64,000 nt of DNA from a virus. The DNA is taken from IMG/VR virus record IMGVR_UViG_3300042475_004151; one strand, 5' to 3'. Below the pieces are notes generated by a model. That model was given only the letters and a program-made list of their open reading frames with translations. It was not told the DNA's origin and searched no databases. Each line of letters begins with the position of its first letter. The first letter of the stretch is position 1. Position numbers and translations under genes: made by a program. Shown here piece after piece: positions 9,346-19,006 of the stretch.

Positions 9346-10130
9346 TATATCAATTTATAAGGTAATAAATTAAGTCTTGTTGCTCTTGTTTGAGTACATT
9401 CTAAATTATATGTAACTAACTGAGCTTGAGGACAACTTAAAGATTGTCCAGTATTAATATTAGAAGCAACAGGAATATAATCTATTAGTATATTATGTAC
9501 TTCATAATATCTTTCTGTTGATCTATCAAATACTATATCTCCAATTTCAGGTAGTACATTAACACCTTGAAGTTGACCATGAAATTCATTATCCCATGCT
9601 ATTCTAGGTATAGTTAATTTTATATTTTTAGTGACATCTGGTCCAAACATTTCACTATTAAGAGTATCAGCTTCTCTTTCTATTGTACTTTTAATTAATA
9701 TTGGTTCAAAGTACCATTTTTCTAATGACTCACCATATATATTTCTTTTTGTTTCTGATAAATTTATTTTATAATACCCAATAGCTGTTCTCATAAATTG
9801 CAAAGCAGCTTGTTGCATTTGATCAAATATATTTAATGAAGTACAATCAGCTGATGGACTTGGAGTTGGTGAAAGTGTAGGTGTTCTAGTTATAGTAGGT
9901 GTGATGCTAATACTAGGTGTTTTACTAGGTGTAACACTTGGTGTAACAGAAATACTAGGTGTTTTAGATATACTAGGTGTTACACTAGGTGTTGTTGAGA
10001 TAGAAATCCCAATTGATAAAGATATACTTATACTAGGTGTAACACTAGGTGTTATACTCTTACTAGGTGTTATACTAGGAGTTTTTGACAAACTTAAAGC
10101 AGGTAGTGAGTATTTTGGAATAGCGGGCAT
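9345..10130 (-). CDS. Neck/head-closure protein (T4 gp14-like) with an N-terminal Ser/Thr/Pro repeat
   Basis: YYKINLSETKRNIYGES..K and PEIGDIVF...YYEVHNI motifs; the first ~95 aa are TPS repeats. Confidence 0.65.
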   Translation of the reverse strand: MPAIPKYSLPALSLSKTPSITPSKSITPSVTPSISISLSIGISISTTPSVTPSISKTPSISVTPSVTPSKTPSISITPTITRTPTLSPTPSPSADCTSLNIFDQMQQAALQFMRTAIGYYKINLSETKRNIYGESLEKWYFEPILIKSTIEREADTLNSEMFGPDVTKNIKLTIPRIAWDNEFHGQLQGVNVLPEIGDIVFDRSTERYYEVHNILIDYIPVASNINTGQSLSCPQAQLVTYNLECTQTRATRLNLLPYKLI

Positions 10131-10142
10131 AAGAACTTATTA

Positions 10143-12158
10143 TTAGAATGCGTATATTAATAAAGGAATCTCATTCATTGTTTGACGAGTAAAATCAGAT
10201 TCTTGTTGTTTTCTCTCTAATTGAGATCTACGAGTTGTTTGTTCTAAATATTCTTTTAACTCAGTCATTAATTCAGATTTTTCAGTTCTAGAATCAGTTA
10301 ATAATTCAGATCCATTAACTACAATACCTCCAAAATTTGTACCTTGGAAAGTTGCTCTGATTTGTCCTTCAATTTCTTTACATATAGCTAAAGCGTATCT
10401 GAATATCCAAGATCTACCTATTTGATTTATACTTGTATAAATTGGATTTCTATAAGGAACATTCATTACATCAGATACTAAATTAGGTCTAAGATCAGTA
10501 ACAGGATTATATTTTTCACTTATTTTCATGTATTTGAAAACTAATAATAATGGACCACTATCAGTAGGTATAGGGAATACTCTAAGTTGATTATTTACTA
10601 AATCAAAGCTAAATGCTGATTTTCTTACTTGGTCATTAAATTCAATCGCTTGAATTTTTTGAATATCCCAATATACAGGCATCATCAAAAAGTTAATACC
10701 TGGAGAATAAGATCCAAATCCAAATGTTTCAAGTAAACCTTGAACACCTGTACCTGTACCAGCGTATGGATCAAAGTATCTTACAATAGCAGGAGGTTCT
10801 TGATAGAAAACTTGTCTAACTTCTATTCTATCTCCTGGTTCTAATGAAGCTGATTCAGCAGCCCAAGCATTTAAATCATATGTTTGTTTAAATGGTTCTA
10901 AATGAATTGAACCTGTGTATTCAGTTACATATCCTCCTACACTAGCTTCTTGAGCATATCCTTCAGCTATTCTAATTTGTGTTTGTAACACATTATTAAT
11001 TACCTTACCATTTAATCCTCTTCCTAATAAAACATCTTGATAATAAGCTGTATTAAGAGTAGCTCCATCAGAGAAAATAGATTGAATTGGATATGTTGTA
11101 AAGAAATAAATATAAGATTCACCATTTGTAATTTGATAAGTTAACCAAGTGTCAGGTTGTGAAAAAGCAATTGTATTAATACCATCATTTATTCTAAAAC
11201 CAACAGAAGGATTTGTTATTGAGCCAAATGATGATGTTAATTCTAAAGTTGTATTTGTAGAACCTGTTATAGTATTTAATATTACTCCAAAAGCAGGATT
11301 AACACTATTAAGTTTATTAGATATATTATAAGCAGTTCCATTATTATTACTTCCTGTAGCTATATATCCTATATAAGCTGAATCATTAGGTAATACAGAA
11401 GCTGTTACTACAAATAAATAAGCTGTTCCATTGCTAGCTGTTACTGAAAATGAACTACTACCTAATGAACTAGCAGCATTAGCTATAGATAAAACATTAA
11501 ATGTAGTATAAGAAGATGAATAATTAGTTGTAGCTGTGGTTGGACCAGCTACTTTATTAAATTGAGGATAAGTTGTTTGACTAAAATCATAATTTTCAAA
11601 TCCTGATGCGTTTTGATAATAGTAAAAATTCCAGTTATTAATTTTGGTAAGATCTGGAGATAAAAAGTCATTTAATGAAGCTGATGTTGTGTATATTTCA
11701 CCTTGAGCGGCAGATGATGAGTTTGGTAAGTCATTTCCTATTTCATCCCATGTAGCTGGTCTAGCATTGGACCAATATACAGTTGAGTTAATTGATGGAT
11801 CTTCACTTAAAACAATTTTATCAGATGTTTCACCTGAATTAAAAGGTAATGTATTAGATCCTTCTAGATTAATATAATTGTCTCTAACTTTATACTGATA
11901 AACCATGTTACCATAAGTAGTAACTGCTTCTTCCATAGCAGCATAAACTGTTAATTCAGTAATATATGTTGTAGCATTACTTGTACCACCTACTCCTAAT
12001 CTTTGAGCGACAAAAGCAGCAGCGCGTTGAGTATCTCTAATAAACTCAGAGTCATTGTCATAATACCCAAACGGAGTATTATTTTTAACACGCTCTAAAT
12101 TTAGTCGATTTGCATACCCTGAGCCAAATAGTATATTTGATGATAATTGATTAGCCAT
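10143..12158 (-). CDS. Neck protein (T4 gp13-like) with a large internal insertion
   Basis: AQRLG...AAMEEAV near the N-terminus and WIFRYALAICKEIEGQIR...VNGSELL near the C-terminus; position in the neck cluster. Confidence 0.7.
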   Translation of the reverse strand: MANQLSSNILFGSGYANRLNLERVKNNTPFGYYDNDSEFIRDTQRAAAFVAQRLGVGGTSNATTYITELTVYAAMEEAVTTYGNMVYQYKVRDNYINLEGSNTLPFNSGETSDKIVLSEDPSINSTVYWSNARPATWDEIGNDLPNSSSAAQGEIYTTSASLNDFLSPDLTKINNWNFYYYQNASGFENYDFSQTTYPQFNKVAGPTTATTNYSSSYTTFNVLSIANAASSLGSSSFSVTASNGTAYLFVVTASVLPNDSAYIGYIATGSNNNGTAYNISNKLNSVNPAFGVILNTITGSTNTTLELTSSFGSITNPSVGFRINDGINTIAFSQPDTWLTYQITNGESYIYFFTTYPIQSIFSDGATLNTAYYQDVLLGRGLNGKVINNVLQTQIRIAEGYAQEASVGGYVTEYTGSIHLEPFKQTYDLNAWAAESASLEPGDRIEVRQVFYQEPPAIVRYFDPYAGTGTGVQGLLETFGFGSYSPGINFLMMPVYWDIQKIQAIEFNDQVRKSAFSFDLVNNQLRVFPIPTDSGPLLLVFKYMKISEKYNPVTDLRPNLVSDVMNVPYRNPIYTSINQIGRSWIFRYALAICKEIEGQIRATFQGTNFGGIVVNGSELLTDSRTEKSELMTELKEYLEQTTRRSQLERKQQESDFTRQTMNEIPLLIYAF

Positions 12159-12206
12159 TTATATTAGTATTATTCCAGTATAAATATTGCTAAATAATAA
12201 ACAGTT

Positions 12207-12875
12207 TTATTTTCCGTATTCGTATTCTAATATCTTACCTACTAAATCTGAGCGATGATTTTCTTTTAATTTAATCCATTTAATTTCGTCTATTTTTTTA
12301 GAAAGCTCAATAGCGTATGTTAAACCGTTCATTTCACCGGTTGATGTTTTGATGTCAGTTTGCTCATTATCGCCGTTAATAACGATTTTACCGGTTTTAC
12401 CTAAACGTGTTAATATAGCTAACATCTCACCTTTAGTTAAATTTTGGGCCTCTTCAACAATTAATATGTCGTCAACTGTTTTACCTCTAATAAATTGGAC
12501 TGGCAGTGCTTTAATTTTTTCTTCAGATATAAGATTAGATACTTCAGTCTTATTTGAACAACATTTATTAAGATTTTCAATAAGTGCTTCCATATATGGA
12601 TCAAATTTTTCACTTAATGCACCTGGAAGATATCCTAAACTTTTACCTACTTCAATCGCTGCGCGGGTATTATATATACAACTAATTTGTTTTTTCTTTA
12701 AAAAATCTAATGCTGCCTGAGCACATACTAATGATTTACCTGATCCTGCTCTACCTGTAACTACTACTATTTGATTTTCAACTATTAATCTTTTTGCTTC
12801 TTTTTGCTCCTCATTTAATTGAAGAGAATTAATTGACTTAATGTCATTTTTCCTTTCACGATTAGGTTCTTTCAT
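12207..12875 (-). CDS. phoH: PhoH-family ATPase
   Basis: GRAGSGKS Walker A; LGYLPG, FIRGKT, EEAQN, RLGKTGKIVINGDNEQTD and HRSDLV motifs. Track start is 12881. Confidence 0.93.
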   Translation of the reverse strand: MKEPNRERKNDIKSINSLQLNEEQKEAKRLIVENQIVVVTGRAGSGKSLVCAQAALDFLKKKQISCIYNTRAAIEVGKSLGYLPGALSEKFDPYMEALIENLNKCCSNKTEVSNLISEEKIKALPVQFIRGKTVDDILIVEEAQNLTKGEMLAILTRLGKTGKIVINGDNEQTDIKTSTGEMNGLTYAIELSKKIDEIKWIKLKENHRSDLVGKILEYEYGK

Positions 12876-12903
12876 AAACAATTTGTTTCATATAAATATG
12901 AAT

Positions 12904-12927
12904 AAAAAACCCGAGCTAAACTCGGGT
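12904..12927 (-). terminator. Intrinsic terminator
   Basis: ACCCGAG/CTCGGGT stem followed by a U-run on the minus strand. Confidence 0.8.
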
Positions 12928-12951
12928 CTTTATTTTATAATAATTTAATTA

Positions 12952-13551
12952 TTAAGGTCTGCTTGTAGAAGGAGTAACACTAGGTGTTTTAGATACAGTT
13001 ACACTAGGTGTTGCACTAATAGATTTACTTACACTAATACTAGGTGTCACACTTGGTGTCACACTAATAGATTTACTTATACTAATACTTGGTGTCACAC
13101 TTGGTGTCACACTAATAGATTTACTTATACTAATACTTGGTGTCACACTAATAGATTTACTTATACTAATACTTGGTGTGTTACTAATACTAATACTTGG
13201 TGTTAATGAAATACTAGGTGTTACAGATGGTGTTACAGTTACTGAAGGTGTAGGTGTTGGAGTATATGAAGGATAAGCAAATGTATATTTTGGATTATCT
13301 GTTTGACCAACATATACTATAGATTTACCTGATGATTGAGTTACCTCAGTAATGAAACCATATATTCCTACTCCATTACTATGGAGTGTACTTCCTAAAC
13401 TTCCATCTAAGTTTTTAAATTTAATATCAGCTATAGAAGATGATATTGGATGGAACCAAAAAAAGTCACCAGCTGTTGAAACTGATCCACTTAATATTGT
13501 TCCTCCTCCTAATCCATAGGGATGTTTTGATATATCTATTTGATTTTCCAT
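12952..13551 (-). CDS. Small virion protein with C-terminal Ser/Thr/Pro repeat (possible head decoration)
   Basis: ~95-aa beta-rich N-terminal domain plus ~105 aa of TPS repeats; directly after the major capsid gene, with its own upstream motif and terminator. Confidence 0.7.
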   Translation of the reverse strand: MENQIDISKHPYGLGGGTILSGSVSTAGDFFWFHPISSSIADIKFKNLDGSLGSTLHSNGVGIYGFITEVTQSSGKSIVYVGQTDNPKYTFAYPSYTPTPTPSVTVTPSVTPSISLTPSISISNTPSISISKSISVTPSISISKSISVTPSVTPSISISKSISVTPSVTPSISVSKSISATPSVTVSKTPSVTPSTSRP

Positions 13552-13587
13552 TTTATTTAAAAGTAATTTATTCTAATATAAATATAT

Positions 13588-13620
13588 AAAAAAAACCCGA
13601 CCTAACAAAAGGCCGGGTTT
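13588..13620 (-). terminator. Intrinsic terminator after the major capsid gene
   Basis: Sense AAACCCGGCCT-loop-AGGTCGGGTTT followed by a T-run. Confidence 0.85.
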
Positions 13621-13648
13621 TATTTTATTGACTTTCGTCAAACTTAGA

Positions 13649-15346
13649 TTATACTAAGTTCAAATCAGCGATATATACTTTACCGTAGAATTCAGGACGT
13701 ACCATTTTCTTCGCGTAACGAGTCATGATACCTTTTCTTGGAGTGAAGGTATTTGGATCGTACACTAATGGAGTCATGATCAACGGAATGTATGGAGCAT
13801 AAACAGCACCAGTTTCGAGGAATTGGTTACCACGGAAGCCCATAAGAATAACGTTTTCAAGCATATAAGGATTCTTATAAACTTTGTAACGGCTATTTAA
13901 TTGACCAATTTTCTGAACACCAAATGCATATTTCATGTTATCTGCTGCACCATCAGTATCAGCTGCAAATCCAGGAATTGATTCCAAGATAGTAGCTACG
14001 TTTGGAGAAACAACCATGAAGTTAGCACCACCACGTAATGTTCTTTGATGAATTTGGTTAGATACTTTTTGTAATTTAATACCTAAAGTTTGGAACCAAG
14101 TCATTTGAGTATAGTAAACACCAGATGTGTTGCTTGTAAACGCTGTAGCGTTAGCATTAATTTGGTTACCAACTTTTGCAGACCAGTATTCAGAAATTGG
14201 AGCGCTTTCGATCAACATGTCTAAGATTTCAAGGTCAATCTCAAGAGAGATATACTCACTTAACATGCTAGTCAATTCAGCTTCAGCATCTAGATTTTGG
14301 TATGCATTCAAATCTTGAGCAAATTCTGGAGTCCATTGTGCTTTCAACTTACGAGTTTTAGCAGCAATAGTTTCAGAACGTAATTGAACGTTAATTTCTG
14401 GAATAGAAATAGCAACCCCAGCAGTATTACCTGTGTTAGAATAAGCAGCTCCATCTTCGAAATCACCACGAGCGTTATCAGCAGTTTTCTTATTGTAGAA
14501 AATTGAAAATACTGATCCAGTTACACCTGAAGCAAGTGTAATTTCAGTTGTAGAAGCACTTACAAATAGTACAGCTGTAGCACCATTTATGTAGTTGTAT
14601 GTATTTAAGTTATCAGCGGCAACGATAGATGCTGAAGTAGCAAATACTGCTTTAATAGCATTTGGATCTAAGTTAGCACTAATACTAGCTGTAGGTACAT
14701 ATAAGATTTTAACTTCATTAGCAGCTACAGAAGCTGAGATAGCAGAATCAAATCCAACTAAAGCAAAGATAGTATCAGCAGATAAACCAGCACTAGAACC
14801 AGTGATGTATCCTGCAGTTGCACCTTGTCCAGCTGAAGAAGAAATACTTATTACAGAAGCAGAGAATTGGTTGATTGAATAACCAAAACGACCAGCGCCA
14901 TAAAGACCACCAGAAGCTAAGTTACCAAATCCTTCACCACCATCAGCAGTTCCATACATAGAATCACCAGAAGTAAATGGATTTTTAGTTGTTCCGTATT
15001 GGAAATCAAGATAAAATACCAAACCAGCAGGTAAAGACATTGGTTGTACAGAAACAAACTCTTTAGAAGCAATCTGACCAAACACTTTACGAACTAATGG
15101 AAGAGCAACGCCAGCCCATTGTTCACCTGTACCTGGAGCGAATGTACCGCCAGTACCAGTTTGAGAAGATTCTACTACTAATTGTTTTGCTTGATTTTCA
15201 AGCATCATTGCCATATTAGATTTGTTATAGTCACTAAGACCTTCTAACAAACCGGATTTATCCCATTTTTTAGCGAGACGAGTTGCATCGCCTTGCTGTG
15301 ACTGCCATGGGTTAGCAGATTCGATTAAAGATTGAACAGTACTCAT
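13649..15346 (-). CDS. gp23: Major capsid protein (T4 gp23-like)
   Basis: VSVQPMSLPAGLVF, AKTRKLKAQWTPEFAQDLNAY, YAPYIPL and FTPRKGIMTRYA motifs. Confidence 0.97.
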   Translation of the reverse strand: MSTVQSLIESANPWQSQQGDATRLAKKWDKSGLLEGLSDYNKSNMAMMLENQAKQLVVESSQTGTGGTFAPGTGEQWAGVALPLVRKVFGQIASKEFVSVQPMSLPAGLVFYLDFQYGTTKNPFTSGDSMYGTADGGEGFGNLASGGLYGAGRFGYSINQFSASVISISSSAGQGATAGYITGSSAGLSADTIFALVGFDSAISASVAANEVKILYVPTASISANLDPNAIKAVFATSASIVAADNLNTYNYINGATAVLFVSASTTEITLASGVTGSVFSIFYNKKTADNARGDFEDGAAYSNTGNTAGVAISIPEINVQLRSETIAAKTRKLKAQWTPEFAQDLNAYQNLDAEAELTSMLSEYISLEIDLEILDMLIESAPISEYWSAKVGNQINANATAFTSNTSGVYYTQMTWFQTLGIKLQKVSNQIHQRTLRGGANFMVVSPNVATILESIPGFAADTDGAADNMKYAFGVQKIGQLNSRYKVYKNPYMLENVILMGFRGNQFLETGAVYAPYIPLIMTPLVYDPNTFTPRKGIMTRYAKKMVRPEFYGKVYIADLNLV

Positions 15347-15375
15347 TTTTGAATGAATTTAAATTGTTTTTTTGT

Positions 15376-16494
15376 TTATTTAATAATTCCAGCTAATTGT
15401 TGCATTCTGCGAACAGCTGAATCGCTTTCTACAATCGGTTGTTTAGGTGCAATTCCTACTGCCTTAGAGGCAAATCCAACTGATTCTCTAATGTTTGACT
15501 TAACTCTACTTGTCAAAGATTCAACTAAAGTTTCATAAATAGTTTTAGCTTCTTTAACATTTGATGCTTTGTCAAGTGATTTTACCACTTTGATTTTTTG
15601 AACTTCACTTAAAGTCTTAGTTTTGAAGATCTTGTTTGTGTAAAGAAGTTTTGCGTTTAAAAGATTAACTTCATTAAGTTCAGATTGTAAAAATCTAATA
15701 GTTCTGATAGCTTCTTCAAGATCTTTTTTGTCTTTTTTAGCTTCTTCTACTTTTTTACCATCTTCTTCTTTGTCTTTTTTCTCTTCAACTGATTTTTTGT
15801 CGTCTTCTTTATCAAGTTCGGCCAAAAGTTCGTCTAAAGAAATAGATTCTTCATCTTCAGTTTCTTCTTTTTCTTCACCAGCTTCTTTTTCTTCACCAGC
15901 TTCTTCTTCTTCACCAGCTTCTTCGCCAGCTTCAAATTCACCACCCATAACGTCTTTTAATACGTCACGAATAATGTCTTTAAGTTCGTCAACTGTGAGT
16001 TCGGTAACTTCGTCGTCGCCTTCTGCTTCATCTAAAGACTCTTCAACTTTCTTTTTGTCGTTGTCTTTTTTCTTAGCTTCTTCAACTTCTTTTTTACCAT
16101 CTTTTTTGTCTTTACCTTCTTCCATTTTATCTTCTTTTTCGTGGCCTTTTTCTTCGGCTTCGAGTTGAGCTAAAATTTCTTCAAGGTCAGTTTCTTCCAT
16201 TTTACCTTCTTCTTCGGTGTTTTTTCCTTCGATTGAGGTTTTTTGCATGGCGGGTCCAAAACCAATTTCGGCTTCATGGCCTTCTTCTGTTTTTTCATAG
16301 CCTTCTTCTTCAACTTTCTTAACTTCATCTTTCATGTCTTCGTCATCTTCCATCTCGTTTAATTTAGTGGAAAGCATAGCCATGATTTGTGGAGTGAAAG
16401 TTTCTTCAAGAGCGGCTTTAGCGTTCGCTACTGCTGCATCACGTACAGATTTAGCGTCAGCAATTGCTTGCTTAAATAATTCTTGATTTGTCAT
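15376..16494 (-). CDS. gp22: Prohead core/scaffold protein (gp22-like)
   Basis: Acidic coiled coil between protease and capsid genes; AIADAKSV..A..NAK.ALEE and LNEVNLLNAKLLY motifs; ends RRMQQLAGIIK. Confidence 0.85.
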   Translation of the reverse strand: MTNQELFKQAIADAKSVRDAAVANAKAALEETFTPQIMAMLSTKLNEMEDDEDMKDEVKKVEEEGYEKTEEGHEAEIGFGPAMQKTSIEGKNTEEEGKMEETDLEEILAQLEAEEKGHEKEDKMEEGKDKKDGKKEVEEAKKKDNDKKKVEESLDEAEGDDEVTELTVDELKDIIRDVLKDVMGGEFEAGEEAGEEEEAGEEKEAGEEKEETEDEESISLDELLAELDKEDDKKSVEEKKDKEEDGKKVEEAKKDKKDLEEAIRTIRFLQSELNEVNLLNAKLLYTNKIFKTKTLSEVQKIKVVKSLDKASNVKEAKTIYETLVESLTSRVKSNIRESVGFASKAVGIAPKQPIVESDSAVRRMQQLAGIIK

Positions 16495-16503
16495 CTTGAA
16501 ATT

Positions 16504-16583
16504 CTCCTTTTGATTGCTTATTAGATTTGGAAAAGCAATATAAGATTGTAAATGTTAATTTAATGAGATATTGGAGATCTCAT
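16504..16583 (-). promoter_or_regulatory. Structured 5' leader of the scaffold/capsid operon (two hairpins plus SD)
   Basis: Sense ATGAGAT-CTCCAAT-ATCTCAT, ATTGCTT-TTCCAAATCTAAT-AAGCAAT, then AAAAGGAG 9 nt before the ATG. Confidence 0.55.
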
Positions 16584-16626
16584 ATTGGGGATGTTAATAA
16601 ATATATGCGGGGGTATATAAAGCGAC

Positions 16627-16658
16627 AAAAATGAAACCTAGCCTTACGGGGCTAGGTT
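16627..16658 (-). terminator. Intrinsic terminator after the protease gene
   Basis: Sense AACCTAGCC-CCGTAA-GGCTAGGTT-TCATTTTT. Confidence 0.75.
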
Positions 16659-16687
16659 AATCCAACGATACTATCGATGGAGTGGGA

Positions 16688-17317
16688 TTATTTTAAACAG
16701 CAAATACCTGTTTGAGAACAGATAATTTCTGATATTATGTTATTTACTTTAAAATATTTGTTTGATTTAACTGTATTAGGATTAAAATTTTCATTTAATC
16801 CGACTGGTCTCATATAAGCACCTTGTGTTGAAGGTGTACTTACAAAATCCCAACATAACAATTCAAAATCATCTTGTACTTCGACTGTATTTTCACCTAA
16901 TGGCTGTACTGAACCCATACCGCGAGATGAAATACCAACCGTTATATTGTTTATAAATAGTTCTTTTAATATATTACCACTTGGTGTAGGCAATACTTCA
17001 ATTTGTCCCATTAAATCATCACCATCCCACCATAAACGTTTAATATTATGGCATACATTTTTAAGGTTAATAATAGATGAGTCTGGATGGTCTAATTCAC
17101 CTAAAGCTCTATTTTCAGCTATTGGTCCAGCTACATATTTTTCGACTTCACGTTCTAGTGTATCTTTACGGTATATTCTTCCGTTTTGATTTTTTGCTTC
17201 AGCCCTCTGTACAACACCTTCAACAATTAAGTTTTTAGATGGAGATAGTTTAACCTCATTTAATGAACGAGGAGAAGGAGTGAATGAAAAATACTCTATT
17301 AATACTTGTTTACTCAT
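16688..17317 (-). CDS. gp21: Prohead core protease (T4 gp21-like)
   Basis: KNQNGRIY, ALGELDHP, GISSRGMGS and DFVSTPS motifs. Confidence 0.95.
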   Translation of the reverse strand: MSKQVLIEYFSFTPSPRSLNEVKLSPSKNLIVEGVVQRAEAKNQNGRIYRKDTLEREVEKYVAGPIAENRALGELDHPDSSIINLKNVCHNIKRLWWDGDDLMGQIEVLPTPSGNILKELFINNITVGISSRGMGSVQPLGENTVEVQDDFELLCWDFVSTPSTQGAYMRPVGLNENFNPNTVKSNKYFKVNNIISEIICSQTGICCLK

Positions 17318-18995
17318 ATATTGAATAATTAGCCTTAGCTCTCTCAGCCGATTGAATATCGGTTGTAGCTGACTTAGGTATTTTTACTATTTGTCCTTTT
17401 TGTTTTGCTTGAATTAATTCAGCTGCTGAAATTACTTCTTTAATTTTAGTTTTTAGTAATTCTTTAAGTTTAGCATGTTTATCTTCATTCATTTGAAAAA
17501 ATGAAGTTGTTACTTTTCTATCTGATGGAGCGTATTGATTAAATAATTCAACAGCTCTATCAATACCTATTGATTTGGCTAATGATTTTAATTGTTTATC
17601 TAGAGCGGTTCCTCTATCATATGCTCTTGGATCATCTCCCATTTCATAATACCAATCATACTTTTTCATCAAATCTTCAAAAGTATTTTCATTAGATAAC
17701 TCATTTGGATTTAAATCATCACTAGCATCTGCTTCCATTATATCTCCTTTACCTGGAAATTCATCTGGTTTGGAAAATAAATAATAACTCATTTCCTGTT
17801 TAGCCCAATCTTCAACATCTTTTTCACTAGCATTTTCTTCATCAGTATCAAAGAAATAACTTGACGATTCATCAAATCCTTCTTCATCATCCATAAATAC
17901 ATCTACAGATTCAATTTCTTCAGGATCAATTACTGATTTAAGATAGTCAGAAACTAATACTTTATTTAATATAGGAAATTGTTCATCACCTTCAATTTCA
18001 ACACTAATATATTTATTTGCTTTACCTTCTTCTAAATCTTCATTTATTTTTTTAACTCTACTTTTATGTACTTTTTTATACCTACCTTTGCTATCTTCTG
18101 CTGGTTTGTTATTCATTGTATTTAAATAAACTAAATTAGCTCCACCAGCAGTATCAAAATCACCTATCATATATTTATTTCCTTCATATTCAATAGTATC
18201 TCCTTTTTTTAAATCTTCTTCAACTGTATCTTCAGATAAACTAATACCAGGAAGACCAGCCATTAATGCTATCAAAGATGTTGAATCGCCTTTCATAGCT
18301 TTTTCAGCTGCTGCTTTTACTTCCTCAGGCTTTATTTTACCTGATTTGATCATGTCTTCTACTTTATCACCAGCACCTTCTTTAATAGTTTTTTCAGAGC
18401 CAGTAACACCTTTATCAGGCATTACTTTAACACCTTTTGGTTTAGCTGTACCTTCTTCTTTCTTACCTAAATTATCTTTAACATTAGATTTTTCGTCTTT
18501 CTTAGTTTCTTTTTTTAAATAACCATCAGCTTTAGCTTGCATACCTGGAGCATCTGTTTCAGGTGCTTTGAATTTGTATGGTGATTGTTCTTGATTTAGT
18601 AAACTAGAATAAAAGTTAGCGTCTTTAGCTAGATTTTTTAGTACAGTAGTTTTAGCTTTTTCTAAAGCTTCATCTGTGTATTCACCTATAGCGTCTAATT
18701 CATGAGCTAAACCATGACGATATTCATATGGGTTAGCATAATCAATATGAAGTTCTTTTAACTTAGATTCTGTAGCTTTTTTAGGTTTAACTTCGGCTTT
18801 AACAGCTTCATCAGCTTTAGATTCTTTAGTTTCTTCAGTTACAATACCTTTGTTTTTAAGGATTTGAACAGCGTCAGTGTATGAGGTTAAGTTAGTAATA
18901 TACGGTAAATTATTATCGCGTCTTACTTCATATAAGAATTTCTCGCGACTAATATCGCCAGACTTATGTTTTCTATATAATTCTAATGTTGTCAT
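17310..18995 (-). CDS. Acidic modular protein, putative internal head polyprotein
   Basis: Several unrelated-looking modules separated by IKE/LSE/INE/IME/MNE motifs; lies between portal and protease. Confidence 0.75.
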   Translation of the reverse strand: MTTLELYRKHKSGDISREKFLYEVRRDNNLPYITNLTSYTDAVQILKNKGIVTEETKESKADEAVKAEVKPKKATESKLKELHIDYANPYEYRHGLAHELDAIGEYTDEALEKAKTTVLKNLAKDANFYSSLLNQEQSPYKFKAPETDAPGMQAKADGYLKKETKKDEKSNVKDNLGKKEEGTAKPKGVKVMPDKGVTGSEKTIKEGAGDKVEDMIKSGKIKPEEVKAAAEKAMKGDSTSLIALMAGLPGISLSEDTVEEDLKKGDTIEYEGNKYMIGDFDTAGGANLVYLNTMNNKPAEDSKGRYKKVHKSRVKKINEDLEEGKANKYISVEIEGDEQFPILNKVLVSDYLKSVIDPEEIESVDVFMDDEEGFDESSSYFFDTDEENASEKDVEDWAKQEMSYYLFSKPDEFPGKGDIMEADASDDLNPNELSNENTFEDLMKKYDWYYEMGDDPRAYDRGTALDKQLKSLAKSIGIDRAVELFNQYAPSDRKVTTSFFQMNEDKHAKLKELLKTKIKEVISAAELIQAKQKGQIVKIPKSATTDIQSAERAKANYSIYE

Positions 18996-19006
18996 ATGTA
19001 TAAATA

